NCBI GenBank assembly: GCA_937625935.1 | Contig: OW569380.1 | Span: forward strand, 387,492 to 451,491 | Length of the DNA stretch: 64,000 nucleotides | DNA from: Tetramitus jugosus | Lineage: Eukaryota > Protista > Heterolobosea | Direction: 5' to 3' | Part shown: piece by piece, positions 12,101 to 23,594 of the stretch | How the letters are laid out: the number at the start of each line of letters is the position of its first letter | Numbering within the stretch: the stretch's first letter is position 1 | Notes under the pieces: generated by a model | What the model was told of the DNA's origin: nothing | The model's input: the letters and a program-made list of their open reading frames with translations, nothing else | The model's database searches: none | Position numbers and translations under genes: made by a program

Positions 12101-13284
12101 AGTAACTTGTAAACATCGCTGGAAAATGCAGGCACCGTAGCAACAACAAACAGGAATGAAATGGAATAGGCACTGTACAGCGAATAATCGTCCTTCATAA
12201 TCTTGATTACCTCCTTGGCTAATCCATGATCCTGCTTCACAGCAAACTCAACAAACTGGAGAACCACACTTTCAGCTGATCTTAAATTATCAGATGATGC
12301 CTGAGCAGACTGGACATCAATATCTATACGATTAAAATGATTGATAATACCAATGATAATCTCTCTGCGCTTGCCCTTGGACGACAACAGCAACAGTTGA
12401 TAAATCAGTGGTGGTAGCTCCGAGACATGAATCTTTACCATTTCTTCAAAAATCTTTGAAACAACGAGATCAAATTCTGCTTCTCTCAGTGCAATCTCCT
12501 TCACGATCGATGCAATTTTAATCGTACTGGCACATGTCCATCGAATCTTTGTACACAACTCTTGAATCACTCTGGCATGATAATCCTCTCCAGTCATACT
12601 ACTTTCATCATCGTCATCATCATCACTCCTATACCGCCGCTTGATCAAATTCTCTCCACTACACGTATAGATGATTGATAGACACTTTGGTAATAAATCA
12701 ATAATTTCACAAGCCTTCTCATTGGACTCATCCCTCAGTACATCAAATATAAAATGAGTCATTTCAATGACTTGTGACTCTGGTAGTCCATCCAACTCGT
12801 CCAATATGAAAATAATGTAATCATTGGTCGAACCAGAGAAATGTTCACTGTTGACGTGTCGTATCAGAGCTTCCAATAGAATTTTTCTCTGTTTTACAAT
12901 CATTTTCCATGCATCTTGCTGTTGTTGTTGTTGACCATTGTTATGATTGGTTGCATTATTGTTATTGTTGTTGTTGTGTTGAGAGCTCTGTTGTTGTGAT
13001 GATAACTGTGAATTCTGTTGTTGTTGTTGTTGTTGTTGATAATAGTAGTCGAATCCTTTGACCAATGATTTGGCAAAATCAATGGGTTTTGTCGAGTGTT
13101 GTTCAATGATTTGGGAGATGACATTTGGGCGATTCTTGTTGTTGGTCGACCTCATGAGTGGATTGATCGTGTTGGAAATGAATTGGTAGAGCTCTGCATA
13201 GTGAGCTGGATCACGAGAGAGTTTGATGACTTGTTTCTCAATCTTATCGAGGGTCTCTTTATCGATTGTTGGTGTTGCTGACAT
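9175..13284 (-). CDS. FANCI: Fanconi anemia group I protein (start MSATPT at 13284; 13371 possible)
   Basis: About 1370-aa helical solenoid with ELPPLIYQLLLLSSKG, VVLVLRKALHSRE..SRLIALKGF, LRRCLTQQPIIRSSLYEGL, C-terminal IPELFYRITEY..L..LSK...NLL and a basic NLS tail. Confidence 0.88.
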   Translation of the reverse strand: MSATPTIDKETLDKIEKQVIKLSRDPAHYAELYQFISNTINPLMRSTNNKNRPNVISQIIEQHSTKPIDFAKSLVKGFDYYYQQQQQQQQNSQLSSQQQSSQHNNNNNNNATNHNNGQQQQQQDAWKMIVKQRKILLEALIRHVNSEHFSGSTNDYIIFILDELDGLPESQVIEMTHFIFDVLRDESNEKACEIIDLLPKCLSIIYTCSGENLIKRRYRSDDDDDDESSMTGEDYHARVIQELCTKIRWTCASTIKIASIVKEIALREAEFDLVVSKIFEEMVKIHVSELPPLIYQLLLLSSKGKRREIIIGIINHFNRIDIDVQSAQASSDNLRSAESVVLQFVEFAVKQDHGLAKEVIKIMKDDYSLYSAYSISFLFVVATVPAFSSDVYKLLKSRIDQAYKDSLIYRYFYDKDTDEYESLHKDISLLIIETIQRSDKGREHILKSICDFGFFLLDSKRVTKHKLTFSLNYSAEDCHQLGMGILTKLFEIAHAARGQIIDTAFNHIVTGVGNVNKYTELIYLLVRNRPGQLAEHTGRFKETIDYFSYFDPVVASSFFEAVGPLVKANPDFQDSVVLVLRKALHSREQDSRLIALKGFLHILEAGSGSALSVGSSSTARDINYLDSDTLNVLRRCLTQQPIIRSSLYEGLVKVATARLELRDEIAKIFVGHLKEYINEKEGAHLDKCIDNNANLKEPLPLLLLYSFRLYHLYGQEETAGTKLLFDFYSEALGSMHEQEAEAHDLTPSSDYLSDSDSGRHNQMIASLLIGLNEVLIEIIVAGDIVENDGKTSALQTCINRINNLREIMKKGASKKDGKKTSTKAKSKQKTTAKTKDFNILLSLRVTNNILRMILKANNDSEEEIDETYVNLLQTYVFNLCKKQLEEINIMGAKRLASIVSRAKELDMLGRNLMSFVTKFSSASTRKSDEKKKGKVKNHTVNAMECFVEVVRIFNMFGTERCFSFIESSLTGKKSRFNTQNAEQLDSLVESVTDKICRKVDDFIKVDAMDEATPLVNLCTEIVRVSSVESTQSLISWSEHICQQNTSSHTDFVKAVVQMYICVCGKTNKFENVKQISNDIMGEMGEFVTRANAHRLIHGIVDENTANSVALVLVECMSEFIAYLNWKLGKMKELHAEYKKLVLSQDESNEEKCEFYHEMIATMESKLCHVICSLCGIINYPCQTRLELSCFEKVNVVCVQIVRLLHDCSQFVLSKRKSNTSRVHVSDQFVTMTDSAAHTVSNIYHLVKYLDSVTSDNKLLLERARKAIPELFYRITEYTQVLSELSKSCGQNLLANFKRAPARQFQYKGEISDNDDDEGGSEEDTIPTKKKKTVKRKRKQAEESESENEEGSQQEEQVQKTKRSKITKHR

Positions 13285-13416
13285 GGTTGATCTGTTGTTG
13301 TTGATCTTGTTTTGTTGCACAAACACAAATCTCTCCTTGTTTTGTTCGAAGATTTGCAAGAACTCTTTCATAAAAAAAATTGTTCGAGAACAAAGTGGAA
13401 TTGGAATTGCCAAATC

Positions 13417-13428
13417 TTGGCGCCAAAA
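13417..13428 (-). promoter_or_regulatory. E2F-type site (TTTTGGCGCCAA) upstream of FANCI
   Basis: Exact TTTSSCGC consensus with palindromic core, about 133 bp upstream of the FANCI ATG. Confidence 0.45.
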
Positions 13429-13442
13429 TTGGTTTAATCTGC

Positions 13443-14435
13443 TTAGTACAAGAATGGAATGATAATCTTTCTGCTTCTTGGGTAGAGTTCCTTTCCGTCC
13501 TTACCGTTGAACTCCTTTCTGTAGTTGATGTGCTTCTTGATGGCCCAAACAAGCATTTGACCTCCACCGACCAAAGTGAACAAGAAGGAAGCAACAGTCA
13601 TGGTCATCAAACTGAAGAAGAACCATTCAGAGATCTCAACAGTGTAGTTTGGACAGGAGACGAGATTGAACAAGAAACCCTTTGGAATTCTTCTGACAGT
13701 GGTGCCTCTTGGTCTCAAGTTGCTCAAAATAATGTGGCAGATCAAGTTGCAAATCATCATCAAAACAACCAAACCAGCAAAAATGTTGGTCCAGTTGTCA
13801 CTTCCAGGAGCAACATACAATGGATGCAAAGTATAGTAAGCAATATAGTAGGCACAAGCAGTGTAGTATCCAGTGTTCTTGAAAATGTTCAACAATGGCA
13901 TGTAACCGTTGCTAAACTTGTGAACGAAAATAGTCTCAAACTCTCTCTTCAAAAAATGGACGATAAATAACAACATGGCAACAGTTTGAGTATAGTTCAA
14001 TGATGCATTCTTTGCATCATAAGAGCTATACAAATATGGTCTCAATGCATAAATGATTGGGAAGGCAGTCAATGGTCCAAAGTATTCGACCAAGAACACA
14101 GTACGATAACCGACTTGTGGACCCAAATCCTTAAAAATAATCTTGTCACCATTCTTGACAAGAGTGTTCAATGGTACATCACCCTTGATCACAGCTCCTC
14201 TAGCTCCATTTTCTATTAAAGTATAGATACTCTGATTAGTTACATTCTGATCTCAAGAATATGGTGAAGATGATGATGATGATGACATACCACCAACAAG
14301 GTAAAAAGCTTGACGTTCAACACCAGTTCTCTTCAAGTTCTTGTAAGCAACCTTCAAGTCATTCAAGGTGGCGTTATCTGCAATGTCAACGGTACCAATT
14401 TCCTTTCCACGAACGGATGTAACTGTGAGCTTCAT
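13443..14435 (-). CDS. TECR: Very-long-chain trans-2,3-enoyl-CoA reductase (Tsc13); exons 14435-14291 and 14212-13443
   Basis: Ubiquitin-like N-terminus, KDLGPQVGYRTVFLVEYFGP, HFLKREFETIFVHKFS, IPKGFLFNLVSCPNYT, YPRSRKIIIPFLY. A 78-nt GT-AG intron keeps frame. Confidence 0.95.
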
Positions 14436-14668
14436 TCTCTGTTTTGGATATTTTGTTGTTGTTTTTTTGATTCCAAAGCAGAGAACAATCGACGTGTGTG
14501 AAAAGCTTTTCCAGTGGATGAAGTCGCGATCTGCCACGATCCTTGATGCAACGTCTCATCGGAGCTGAAATTCTAAAGTCCGACCCGCCACCAGCACAAA
14601 AAAAAGCACGAAAGCAAAATACTGTAGTAGAAGAAGACATACACGCAAAAAAGCTCACATAATCACAC

Positions 14669-15952
14669 ATGTACAACACTTCGAATCATCAACCTCACCC
14701 AACAGCAACAGCACCACCTATCATGATGGGTGGTATGCCACCTCATCCACGACCCCCTCCACCACATGGCTTTCCAATGATGCCACTACCTCCTCACATG
14801 GCTCCTCCAGGAAGTCATCATCAACTACCACCACCACCATCAACACTCCAACAACAACACCAACAACAATCGCATCCACCACATCAACCATTGCCATATC
14901 CTCATCAGCATAACAACAACAACATGATGCCACTTCATCCATCATCATCATTCAGTCAACCCAACATGATCAATCCACTCTTAAACAAGCTTCAACTCCC
15001 TCCTTCTATTCTCAAATTGTTTGAGGCAAGACCACCACCACCATTTGTTCCTCCAAAAGAAAGGACATCAGCTCTTCAGTACTCGGGAATTGCTCAATTT
15101 GTTCAATTCATGGAAGATACGCAACCAGAGCTACCAGAATACAAAATGCCAGAATCAAGACTCAAACGCAAAGAACGAATCTCAAAAGAGAGAAAAGAGA
15201 AGCACGAGAGAGAAATTAGAGAAATTTTACAGATTTGGGATCCAAGTAAGGATGAAAAGGCAACAGGTGACCCTGCTGCGACACTGTTTGTTGCCAAAAT
15301 GAACTATGAAACAATAGAAGAGAAATTGAAGGAAGAATTTCAAATCTATGGTCCTATTAAATCACTGCGAATCGTTAGGAAAGAAATGCCCGATGGAACA
15401 ACAAAATCAAGAGGCTACGCATTCATCGAATACGAAAATGTGGAAGACATGAAAAAGGCGCTAAAGTACGGTGATGGAAAAAAGATTGACGGTTTTAAGG
15501 TTTTGGTGGATTATGAACGTGGTCGATTGCAGACCAATTGGAGGCCGAGAAGACTCGGTGGTGGCCTGGGTGACACGAGAGCCACCAAAGAGAAGGGAGA
15601 AGACAAGAAAAAAAAGAGTATGTTATCATCTTCTTCATTCGGTGGTGGCGGTGGCTCTCACCCCTATCACTCCTCCTCTCGTGGCGGCGGTCATTTCAAT
15701 AGAGGTGGTGATCGAGGAGGATCGCATCATCGCTCTTTCCATTCATCTCGAGGAGGAGGAGATCGAAGAGGCGGTAGAGATGAGGGCGGTGGTGATCGTT
15801 ATCGATCAGACCGTGGTGGTGGATACAGAGATGATCGATCTGGTGGCGGTGGTGGCTACAGAGGAGGTGACAATCGGTCATCATCCGGTGGAGGCAATAG
15901 ATATCCCTCTGGTGGAGACTCGAGAGGCTATAAGCGCGAAAGAGAATTCTAA
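14669..15952 (+). CDS. SNRNP70: U1 snRNP 70 kDa protein
   Basis: LPPSILKLFEARPP, WDP...GDPAATLFVAKMNY, RRM RNP1 SRGYAFIEY, VDYERGR...WRPRRLGGGLG, RG/RD-rich tail. Confidence 0.96.
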   Translation: MYNTSNHQPHPTATAPPIMMGGMPPHPRPPPPHGFPMMPLPPHMAPPGSHHQLPPPPSTLQQQHQQQSHPPHQPLPYPHQHNNNNMMPLHPSSSFSQPNMINPLLNKLQLPPSILKLFEARPPPPFVPPKERTSALQYSGIAQFVQFMEDTQPELPEYKMPESRLKRKERISKERKEKHEREIREILQIWDPSKDEKATGDPAATLFVAKMNYETIEEKLKEEFQIYGPIKSLRIVRKEMPDGTTKSRGYAFIEYENVEDMKKALKYGDGKKIDGFKVLVDYERGRLQTNWRPRRLGGGLGDTRATKEKGEDKKKKSMLSSSSFGGGGGSHPYHSSSRGGGHFNRGGDRGGSHHRSFHSSRGGGDRRGGRDEGGGDRYRSDRGGGYRDDRSGGGGGYRGGDNRSSSGGGNRYPSGGDSRGYKREREF

Positions 15953-16249
15953 TCGATATCTATCTACATATTCCCAGACGCACACTGCTGCTGAACCACT
16001 CTACTCCTCAGAGATCTCAGAGGTCAGGACCTCAATAAACCATCCATACGAAAGGTAAGTTGTAAACAAGTACGGTATGTTGACCATTCTTTTTTCAGTG
16101 TCCTCTCTGACCTTCCATTGTTGAATTTCGCTTGTTGAATTTCTCCTCCAGTTTCATACTTCAACGAATTTGTGCATGAAAATTTTTTCACACCAATAAA
16201 AAAAATTATTGAGCGCACAAGAACGAAAACAACACTCAACAACAGAAAA

Positions 16250-19200
16250 ATGAACCTGAATCCAACCACATCACCCATCAGCATCTTCTCTAATGTTAGA
16301 CAAAAGGCATTGAGACCTTCCAAAAATCCAAACAGCAATTGGGCCACCATGGCCATCGTTTTAGACGCCATTACCGAAGTTCTTCAACAACAATCACAAC
16401 ACAACAATGTTTTGGCCTATTTTGGAGCATTTTTATCCGCATTGGAAAAGGAGACGAAAGCTGCTCACATTGCCGCTACTCTTCAACTCATTTTCATTGT
16501 GAGTCCTCATGTGCCTGTTGCTGCCTTCCGAATGAAGTTTGATTTTATTGCACAATTGTACGTGAGATTGTTAACTCAACATGAACGGTCCGAAATGATT
16601 GTGAAGCAGGTGCGTTTTTTTTTGCTTTTACGGTTTTCGCGACATTGCAATTTTTTTGCTGACACGAATGTGTTTTTGGTTTTTATTGTTGTTATATGTT
16701 TTAGCTCTTGACTTGTGTGACGTGGTTGCTCCAATCCCAAGAGAATGAAATGTGGGCTTCCAATGAACTATTGAGATCTCTCTTTCAAAAATTACTCTTG
16801 TTCTCCACTGATTCCAAATCAAGTGTTCGTTCCAAGACAAAGGAATGCCTAGAACAGCTGTTGAATGTGAAAATGACAGCTACTAAACCAGCCATGTTCA
16901 AACTAGTGAACACCAGTATGATTCAACTGACCATGAGTGTCGTTGAGACCTGTACGACAAAAGAAGCTCAAAAAATGATTGATTTGTTGATTTTGTTGCA
17001 AGATGTTTTGAAGCTTTTGAGCAGTGCTGTAAGTATTGTTGTTAACTGTTGCATAGCTTGCAATTGGTTGTCGTTTTTGTGTTTCTGAAGCTAACACCAA
17101 TATTTTTTTCTAAAACGCTGCTTAATTCAAATAGTCCATCTTGTCCATTTCAAGACAATTGCTCAAATTATTACCCATGAAAAATCCTCAACTCTGCACT
17201 CTGACCAACCAAGTCTTCAACAGCTTGTTCTCATCCAGTTCTCAACTATCCATCTCCTCAGAATCATTGTCTCAATTGTTGCAAGTGTTGCAGAATCAAC
17301 AAATGACATCCGATGTATCCTCCAGTCTCCAATTCATTAAAATGCTAAAGTCTGGTTTTATTGCATTGCAAAAGTTGGATGACATTGAATGCAGCAACCA
17401 ATTGAACACTGTTGTTCAAACTTTGCTCTCATTCTTCCAATTGGATCAACATGAGTTGGCTGCTACCACAAGTGATGCACTAAAGAGCTTGATTCAATAC
17501 TGTATCAGTGATGCAATGATTAGCGAAGCAGATTCAGTCAATAATCCAAGTGCACCTCTCCTCTCCATGATTCAATCCATCTCCAACGCAATCAACTACA
17601 AGAATAGAAACAATTTGGATTCCGTGTTGGCAGTGCAAGAACAATTGTTCAAGAGACTTGGAAGAGCTTCTTATCCACTGTTGAATTCCTTGTTGATTTC
17701 GATTGAACAGTTGAATGAGTCGCCTGATTTCCATTTGCACTCTTCTTTGGAAAAGTGCATTGTGGCTGCTGTTTCCGCCATGGGCCCTCGTAAGGTCTTG
17801 GAATTGTTGCCATTGAATCTCTCTGGAAATGGAAGAGCTAGAACTTATTTATTCCCAATTTTGAAGAGAGGTATTCGAAACACGGATTTGGCCTATTTTG
17901 CACAATATTTTGCTCCTTTGGCCACTCAATTCTTGAACCGATCGAACGCTGCTGCTCAGAACGATGAAAAAGCTACAGCAAAGAACTACAAGAATTTCTA
18001 TGATCAGACATATGCTTTGTTGCCAGGTTTCGTTTCCTACTGCCCTGACTTTGGGACTGTTTTCCCAAAGATTGCCAAGCATTTGGGTATCATTCTATCA
18101 CAGGACAAAGATTTGCAATCAACTATTTGTTTGACTCTATTGAAAGCCATTGGAACCTGTCAAGAAGTGATCGAACAAAATGGACAAGTACCAGAGAATG
18201 TTGTCTTCAGTGTTGATCAAGCACACACCAATATTGCCGTTGTGGCTAAGTTTGCAAGAAACTACTTGCCAATTTTGTTTACTGTATATGGTGAATCCAA
18301 TGAACAATTGAGATCCATCATTTCGGAAACAATTGCATCTATTTGCAGCGTGTCTACGAGCGAGATTGTTGACGAGTACTTTAAACAAGTGTTGAAGAAG
18401 TTGTTGGAGGCTGCAACTGAGTTGAACAAGCCAGATTTGGAACCAGCGGTCACTCGTGAAGTATCTCACAAGAGAGATATCATGGTTGACTTGGCTTTGG
18501 CAATGGCTCCATGTCTATCGAGTCAAACTACCAACCTCTTGTATCAAGTTTTCCAACCGCAACTAAGAGCATTGAATCACTCTGCTCAAAAGAAGGCTTA
18601 CAAGGCAATTAACACAATCTGCAAGAAACAAAGAGGATTTGTCCTCATGCATCTCGATAGCTTGATCACCACATTCGATGAGTGTTTGCCAGTTTGTGAT
18701 GATGCCAGTAAGAATTATCGTGTCAAATGCTTGATGACATTTGTTGAGTTGATGAACACGAGCGATGTTGAAAAACATTTGCCTCAATTCTTTGCTGAAG
18801 CCATCATGAACGTCAGAGGAAAGAATAAGAAGACCAAGGATTCTTCCTTCCTGTTCATCAGAGGCTTGGTTAGAAAGTGTGCTTTTGAAAATGTGTCCTT
18901 TGAAAATATTGCAAGAGAACAATTACCAGCATTCTTGAATTCAGCTCAACAACAACGAGTCAACACATTCTTCCAGAAATTGTTGGGAGGTCTTGCTGCT
19001 TCATCCGATACTATGATTGGTGGAACTATTATGGTTCTCTCAAGCTTGTTGGTTGAATACTCTGGCTATCTAGAGACCATTCTTCCAGATATCTTGCAAT
19101 CTGTTTTCATCCTGATGCAATATGACAGCAATGATGTGATTTTAGGTGTTGTGAGCTTTGTCAAGACTTGTCTCGCTATTATCGATGACGAGTCCTTGAA

Positions 19201-20128
19201 GTTGATGCTCCCTCAATTGTTGCCAATTCTAGTTGAACAATCTAGCAAGAAGGGAGCTGGTGTCATCAGACCAAGAGTCACCTATCTACTTCAAAAGATG
19301 ATTGATCGATTTGGATTCGACTTCTGTAAGGATCACTTCCCACAGGACAAGCTCTCATTTATTAAGAACATCTGGAAGGGCATGAAGAGAGAAGCAAAGA
19401 AGGACCAAAATGTTCCAAAGAAGAAGCTGACAATTGCTGAAAACGATGCCATGATTAGACAAGATGTTGATGAGCCATTGGACTTGCTCGATCCATCCAT
19501 GATGGATAAAATCACTACCAAGAAGAGCTTGGACAGAAAGAACAACACCAACATGGAAGACGATATTGAAATCAAGACCAATAAGCAAGGAAAGTTCGTT
19601 ATTAACGAATCTGATTCCGAAAGTGACGAAGTCAACGAACTCGAAGAGAAGAAGAAGGCCAAGCTCGATAAGAAGAAGGATAAGAGGAAGAAGAAGAGAG
19701 CACGTGAAGATGTCGAAGTCGAACAAGCCATCGATGACTTTGAGTTTGATGGTGAAGAGATTGGAGAGGACAGAGATGACAGAGACTCAAAGGTCTCCCA
19801 CAAGCGGACAAGAGTTTCGATGGAAGACGACGATCAAAGCAAGTTGGACGAGGGAAGACTTGCTGCTCTCAAATATCTGGAAAGGAAACAAGAAGAACGA
19901 AAGAGAAAGAAGGCTGAAATCCAAGTCAACTATGGTGAGGAATACCGCTCATCCAGGAGAGCTGGTGGTGATGTCAAGCGGTCTGGCAAGGCAGATCCTT
20001 ATGCTTACATCCCATTGGATCCAAAGAGATTGAACAGACGTTTCATGAACAAGGCATCCTCCTTCCAAACATTCGACCAAAATGTCAAGCAAAACAAAAA
20101 GTTGCAAAAGAGAAAAATGAAGAAATAA
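16250..20128 (+). CDS. RRP12: Ribosome biogenesis HEAT protein RRP12; exons 16250-16609, 16705-17028, 17135-20128
   Basis: AYFGAFL, NUC173 region AMGPRKVLELLPLNL...LFPILK, QKKAYK, EPLDLLD, C-terminal GGDVKRSGKADPYAYIPL. Two phase-0 introns. Confidence 0.93.
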
Positions 20129-20486
20129 ACTTGACAGGAGCTTTCATCCTTCCTTCTCGTTCGTCCTTTATCGAAACACCGATCGTCGGAGTCGGAAATT
20201 GTAATTTCGTTGTAAAACAGTTCTTTTCTTAGCTTCCATGTCGAAAAAAGCATTTGGCGACCAAAACAAAGAACTTACCACGTCACAAAAACGGGTCAAT
20301 AGCAATAAGGTGCACACGCGTTCTTTTTCCTTTTTGCCAACAAAACATTTGCTGATTGTCCACTACACTCTAGTCCGAACGAAATAGACCACTTGTCGAA
20401 GATCGAGCGCATCCATAGACTTGTTTTTTTGTAAGAAGCAGCAAAGAAAAAAAAGAAAAACTTGAAATCATCATCCATTGATCACC

Positions 20487-23400
20487 ATGAGTAATCAGTA
20501 CAATTTTTTCACTCCCCAACAACCTCAACAGCAGCAAGGTTTCTATCCACCTAATGTTGCTCAACAGTCTCAACAACAACAACAACAACCACCACAAATG
20601 ATGATGAATCAACAACAACCACAACAACAACAAACAGGAGGAGCATTCTATCATCCTTCTCAACAACAACAACAACAACCATATGTTCATCAACAACAAC
20701 AGCAGCAGCAACCACCACCACAGCAAATGATGCAACAACAACAACCGATTGGTCCTCCACCAACATCCAGTGCATTCATGGGATCATCTACCACTACCTC
20801 ACCACCACTTTCATCATCAACTGGTGTTTCACCTTCTGCTTCACCATATCAACCAGTTGCATCTTCCTATGCTGCACCACCACCATCATCCACTCAACCA
20901 CCATCCACCATGAATTATTATCAACAACAACCACCTACTTCATCCTATGGTGCATCATCCTATGGTTACCCACAACAACAACAACAACCACTAACTGATT
21001 TTGAAGGTGGATTCACTCAACAACAACCAGCATCATCATCATATGGTTATCCACAACAACAACGGCAACAGCAACAGCAACAACAACAACAACCTTATCA
21101 ACAAATGATGATGGGTGGTGCTGCTGTTGCTACAGGTTCAATGGATGGCGTGACTTCTCAAATGTCTCAAATGTCAATCGGCAACAATCGACCTCTCCAA
21201 AACACCAATGTCACCACAGGTAACATTGATTCATTGCCACGTCCCACACATGTCAGTCAATTGTTGCCCCATGTGGATCCAACTAGACAATCCCTGAGAA
21301 AGCAACCTGATGTCAATGGATTGTTTGCTCGTCAAGCCAGGAGTCAAATGTTGGCTGATCCAAGTGCCACACCTCACAATTTCAACATTGCTCAATCATC
21401 GACTACATTTGTGCGTGCCAGTGTACAATGTATACCCTCTACTCCGTCATTGGCTCAAAAATGGCACTTACCATTGGGTGCGGTGCTTCATCCGTTTGCA
21501 GAACAGGAAAAGGTACCATTGATCTCAATGGGTGCTGCTGGTATTGTTCGATGTGCAAAGTGCAGAACGTACATTAACCCATTTGTCATGTTTGTCGAAT
21601 ATGGAAAAAAATGGCAGTGTAATATGTGTAAAACAGTGAATGATGTGCCCAATGGTTACTATTGTCCATTGGATGACAATGGTGTGAGAAAGGACTATTT
21701 CAGAAGACCAGAATTGTTGCACGGCTCTGTAGAGTTTATTGCGCCACAAGAGTACATGGCACGTGTTCCTCAACCACCTGCCTATCTCTTCTTGTTGGAC
21801 TCATCGTACAATGCCATTCAGAATGGCAGTTTCCGCAATGCTGCGCGCGCCATTCTCAGCGTAATTGATCAGTTCCCTGCGAGAACTCAGATTGGTTTCA
21901 TTACATTTGATTCCAGTGTCCACTTTTACAATTTGAAGAGTTCTTTGACTGTGCCCCAGATGCTCGTGGTCGGTGAATTGGAAGAGAGTTTGTTGCCATT
22001 GCCTTCTGATTTGTTGGTCAATCTACAGGAGAGCAAGACTGTTGTTACGGCATTGTTGGAGAGATTCTCTGCTGCTGAAGGCATGTTCCACAATACGACC
22101 AATGTGGAGAGTGCATTGGGCGCTGCATTGAATGCCGCTGGTAGAATCTTGGGAAGAATCGGTGGTAAATTGAGCATCTTTTTGTCCAATTTGCCCACTC
22201 TAGGTCCAAACTCTCTCACCAACAGAGAGGACAAGACTGTTTATGGAACAGAGGCAGAGACTGCCTTGTTGAATCCTGTAGACAACCGATTCAAGGAGTT
22301 TGCTCTCTTGTACTGCAGAGATCAAATCTCTGTGGATATTTATGCCATGTCCGAACAACAATCCACCTCGCAATACCTCGATCTTGCATCATTGAGTGGC
22401 CTGTGCAAGTTCACTGGTGGTGTCTGTGAATACTATTCGACCGATGCAACAGAAAAATTGTTCCAAGATGTCGTACGTTCCTTGACCAGAGAAACTGGCT
22501 TTGAAGCTGTGATGAGAGTGCGAGCCAGCAGCGGCCTCAAGATTTCAAACTTTTATGGAAATTTGTTCATTCGTGGCCACGATTTGCTCGCTCTTCCAAA
22601 CATTGATGCAGACAAGGCATTTGGTGTCGAATTTGAACACACTGGCTCCTTTGTCAGCACACCTAACGCTTGTCTTCAAGTAGCTGTCCTATACACTTCA
22701 TCCAGTGGTCAAAGAAGAATCAGAGTTCACAATCTGGTGTTGCCAATCACTGGCGAGTTGTCCGACATGTACAAGGATGCCGACATTGATGCCACTATGA
22801 ATCTGTTGGCAAAGGTTGCTGTAGACAATATTCCAAGAAAGGGATTGACCTGGGTGAAGAATGATGTGCGTGATCGTGTTGTTCGATCACTTTCCACGTA
22901 CAGACAAGTTGTCAAACAAGGTGGAGGCTTCAGTCAGCTCGTCTTGCCAGACTCTCTTCGTCTATTGCCTCTCTATGCATGTGCATTGACAAAGCAAGAT
23001 GCACTCATGGGAGGACAAGAGATTCGTGCAGATGAAAGAATCTATGCATTCAGTTGCTTAACGACTGGTAACGTATGGCAAACAAACTTGATGATTCATC
23101 CTCTGGCATTTGCGATCAATGAGATTCCTGATCCTCAAGACGAGTCTGAGGAGATTGATTTGGATCTGAATCGTATGCAACTTCATCCACTGTCCCGCAA
23201 GCTTGTCAACACGGAAACAGCTATCATTCTACTCACTGATGGTATTGTGATGTACTTGTGGTTAGCAAAGCAACCTTGGGAAGACAATAACTTGAAATCC
23301 GACGTTTCATCTCTCGTTGCGTCATTGAATTCCCCTCCAAGCGAAGATGAAGAGTATCAACCAACGACATCGACTGCAAAGAAGGTGAACTCACTGGTGC

Positions 23401-23567
23401 ATAGCATCAGAAGGGAGGTTGGTCGTTGCTTGCCTGTCAGATTTGTGAATGAGCAAGCCGGACTATGGCAACGAGTTTTTGTGAGAAAGTTGATCGAAGA
23501 TAAGACTATCCAGACAACAATGAGTTATGATGAGTTCCTTGTTCATATTCACAATAGTATGAAGTAA
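20487..23567 (+). CDS. SEC24: COPII coat cargo adaptor Sec24
   Basis: Q/P-rich N-terminus, zinc finger RCAKCRTYINPF...WQCNMC, RPELLHGSVEFIAP, GFEAVMRVRASSG, LYTSSSGQRRIRVHN, C-terminal LIEDK...SYDEFL. Confidence 0.96.
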   Translation: MSNQYNFFTPQQPQQQQGFYPPNVAQQSQQQQQQPPQMMMNQQQPQQQQTGGAFYHPSQQQQQQPYVHQQQQQQQPPPQQMMQQQQPIGPPPTSSAFMGSSTTTSPPLSSSTGVSPSASPYQPVASSYAAPPPSSTQPPSTMNYYQQQPPTSSYGASSYGYPQQQQQPLTDFEGGFTQQQPASSSYGYPQQQRQQQQQQQQQPYQQMMMGGAAVATGSMDGVTSQMSQMSIGNNRPLQNTNVTTGNIDSLPRPTHVSQLLPHVDPTRQSLRKQPDVNGLFARQARSQMLADPSATPHNFNIAQSSTTFVRASVQCIPSTPSLAQKWHLPLGAVLHPFAEQEKVPLISMGAAGIVRCAKCRTYINPFVMFVEYGKKWQCNMCKTVNDVPNGYYCPLDDNGVRKDYFRRPELLHGSVEFIAPQEYMARVPQPPAYLFLLDSSYNAIQNGSFRNAARAILSVIDQFPARTQIGFITFDSSVHFYNLKSSLTVPQMLVVGELEESLLPLPSDLLVNLQESKTVVTALLERFSAAEGMFHNTTNVESALGAALNAAGRILGRIGGKLSIFLSNLPTLGPNSLTNREDKTVYGTEAETALLNPVDNRFKEFALLYCRDQISVDIYAMSEQQSTSQYLDLASLSGLCKFTGGVCEYYSTDATEKLFQDVVRSLTRETGFEAVMRVRASSGLKISNFYGNLFIRGHDLLALPNIDADKAFGVEFEHTGSFVSTPNACLQVAVLYTSSSGQRRIRVHNLVLPITGELSDMYKDADIDATMNLLAKVAVDNIPRKGLTWVKNDVRDRVVRSLSTYRQVVKQGGGFSQLVLPDSLRLLPLYACALTKQDALMGGQEIRADERIYAFSCLTTGNVWQTNLMIHPLAFAINEIPDPQDESEEIDLDLNRMQLHPLSRKLVNTETAIILLTDGIVMYLWLAKQPWEDNNLKSDVSSLVASLNSPPSEDEEYQPTTSTAKKVNSLVHSIRREVGRCLPVRFVNEQAGLWQRVFVRKLIEDKTIQTTMSYDEFLVHIHNSMK

Positions 23568-23594
23568 ATCCAAATGTTATTATTAATTATACAA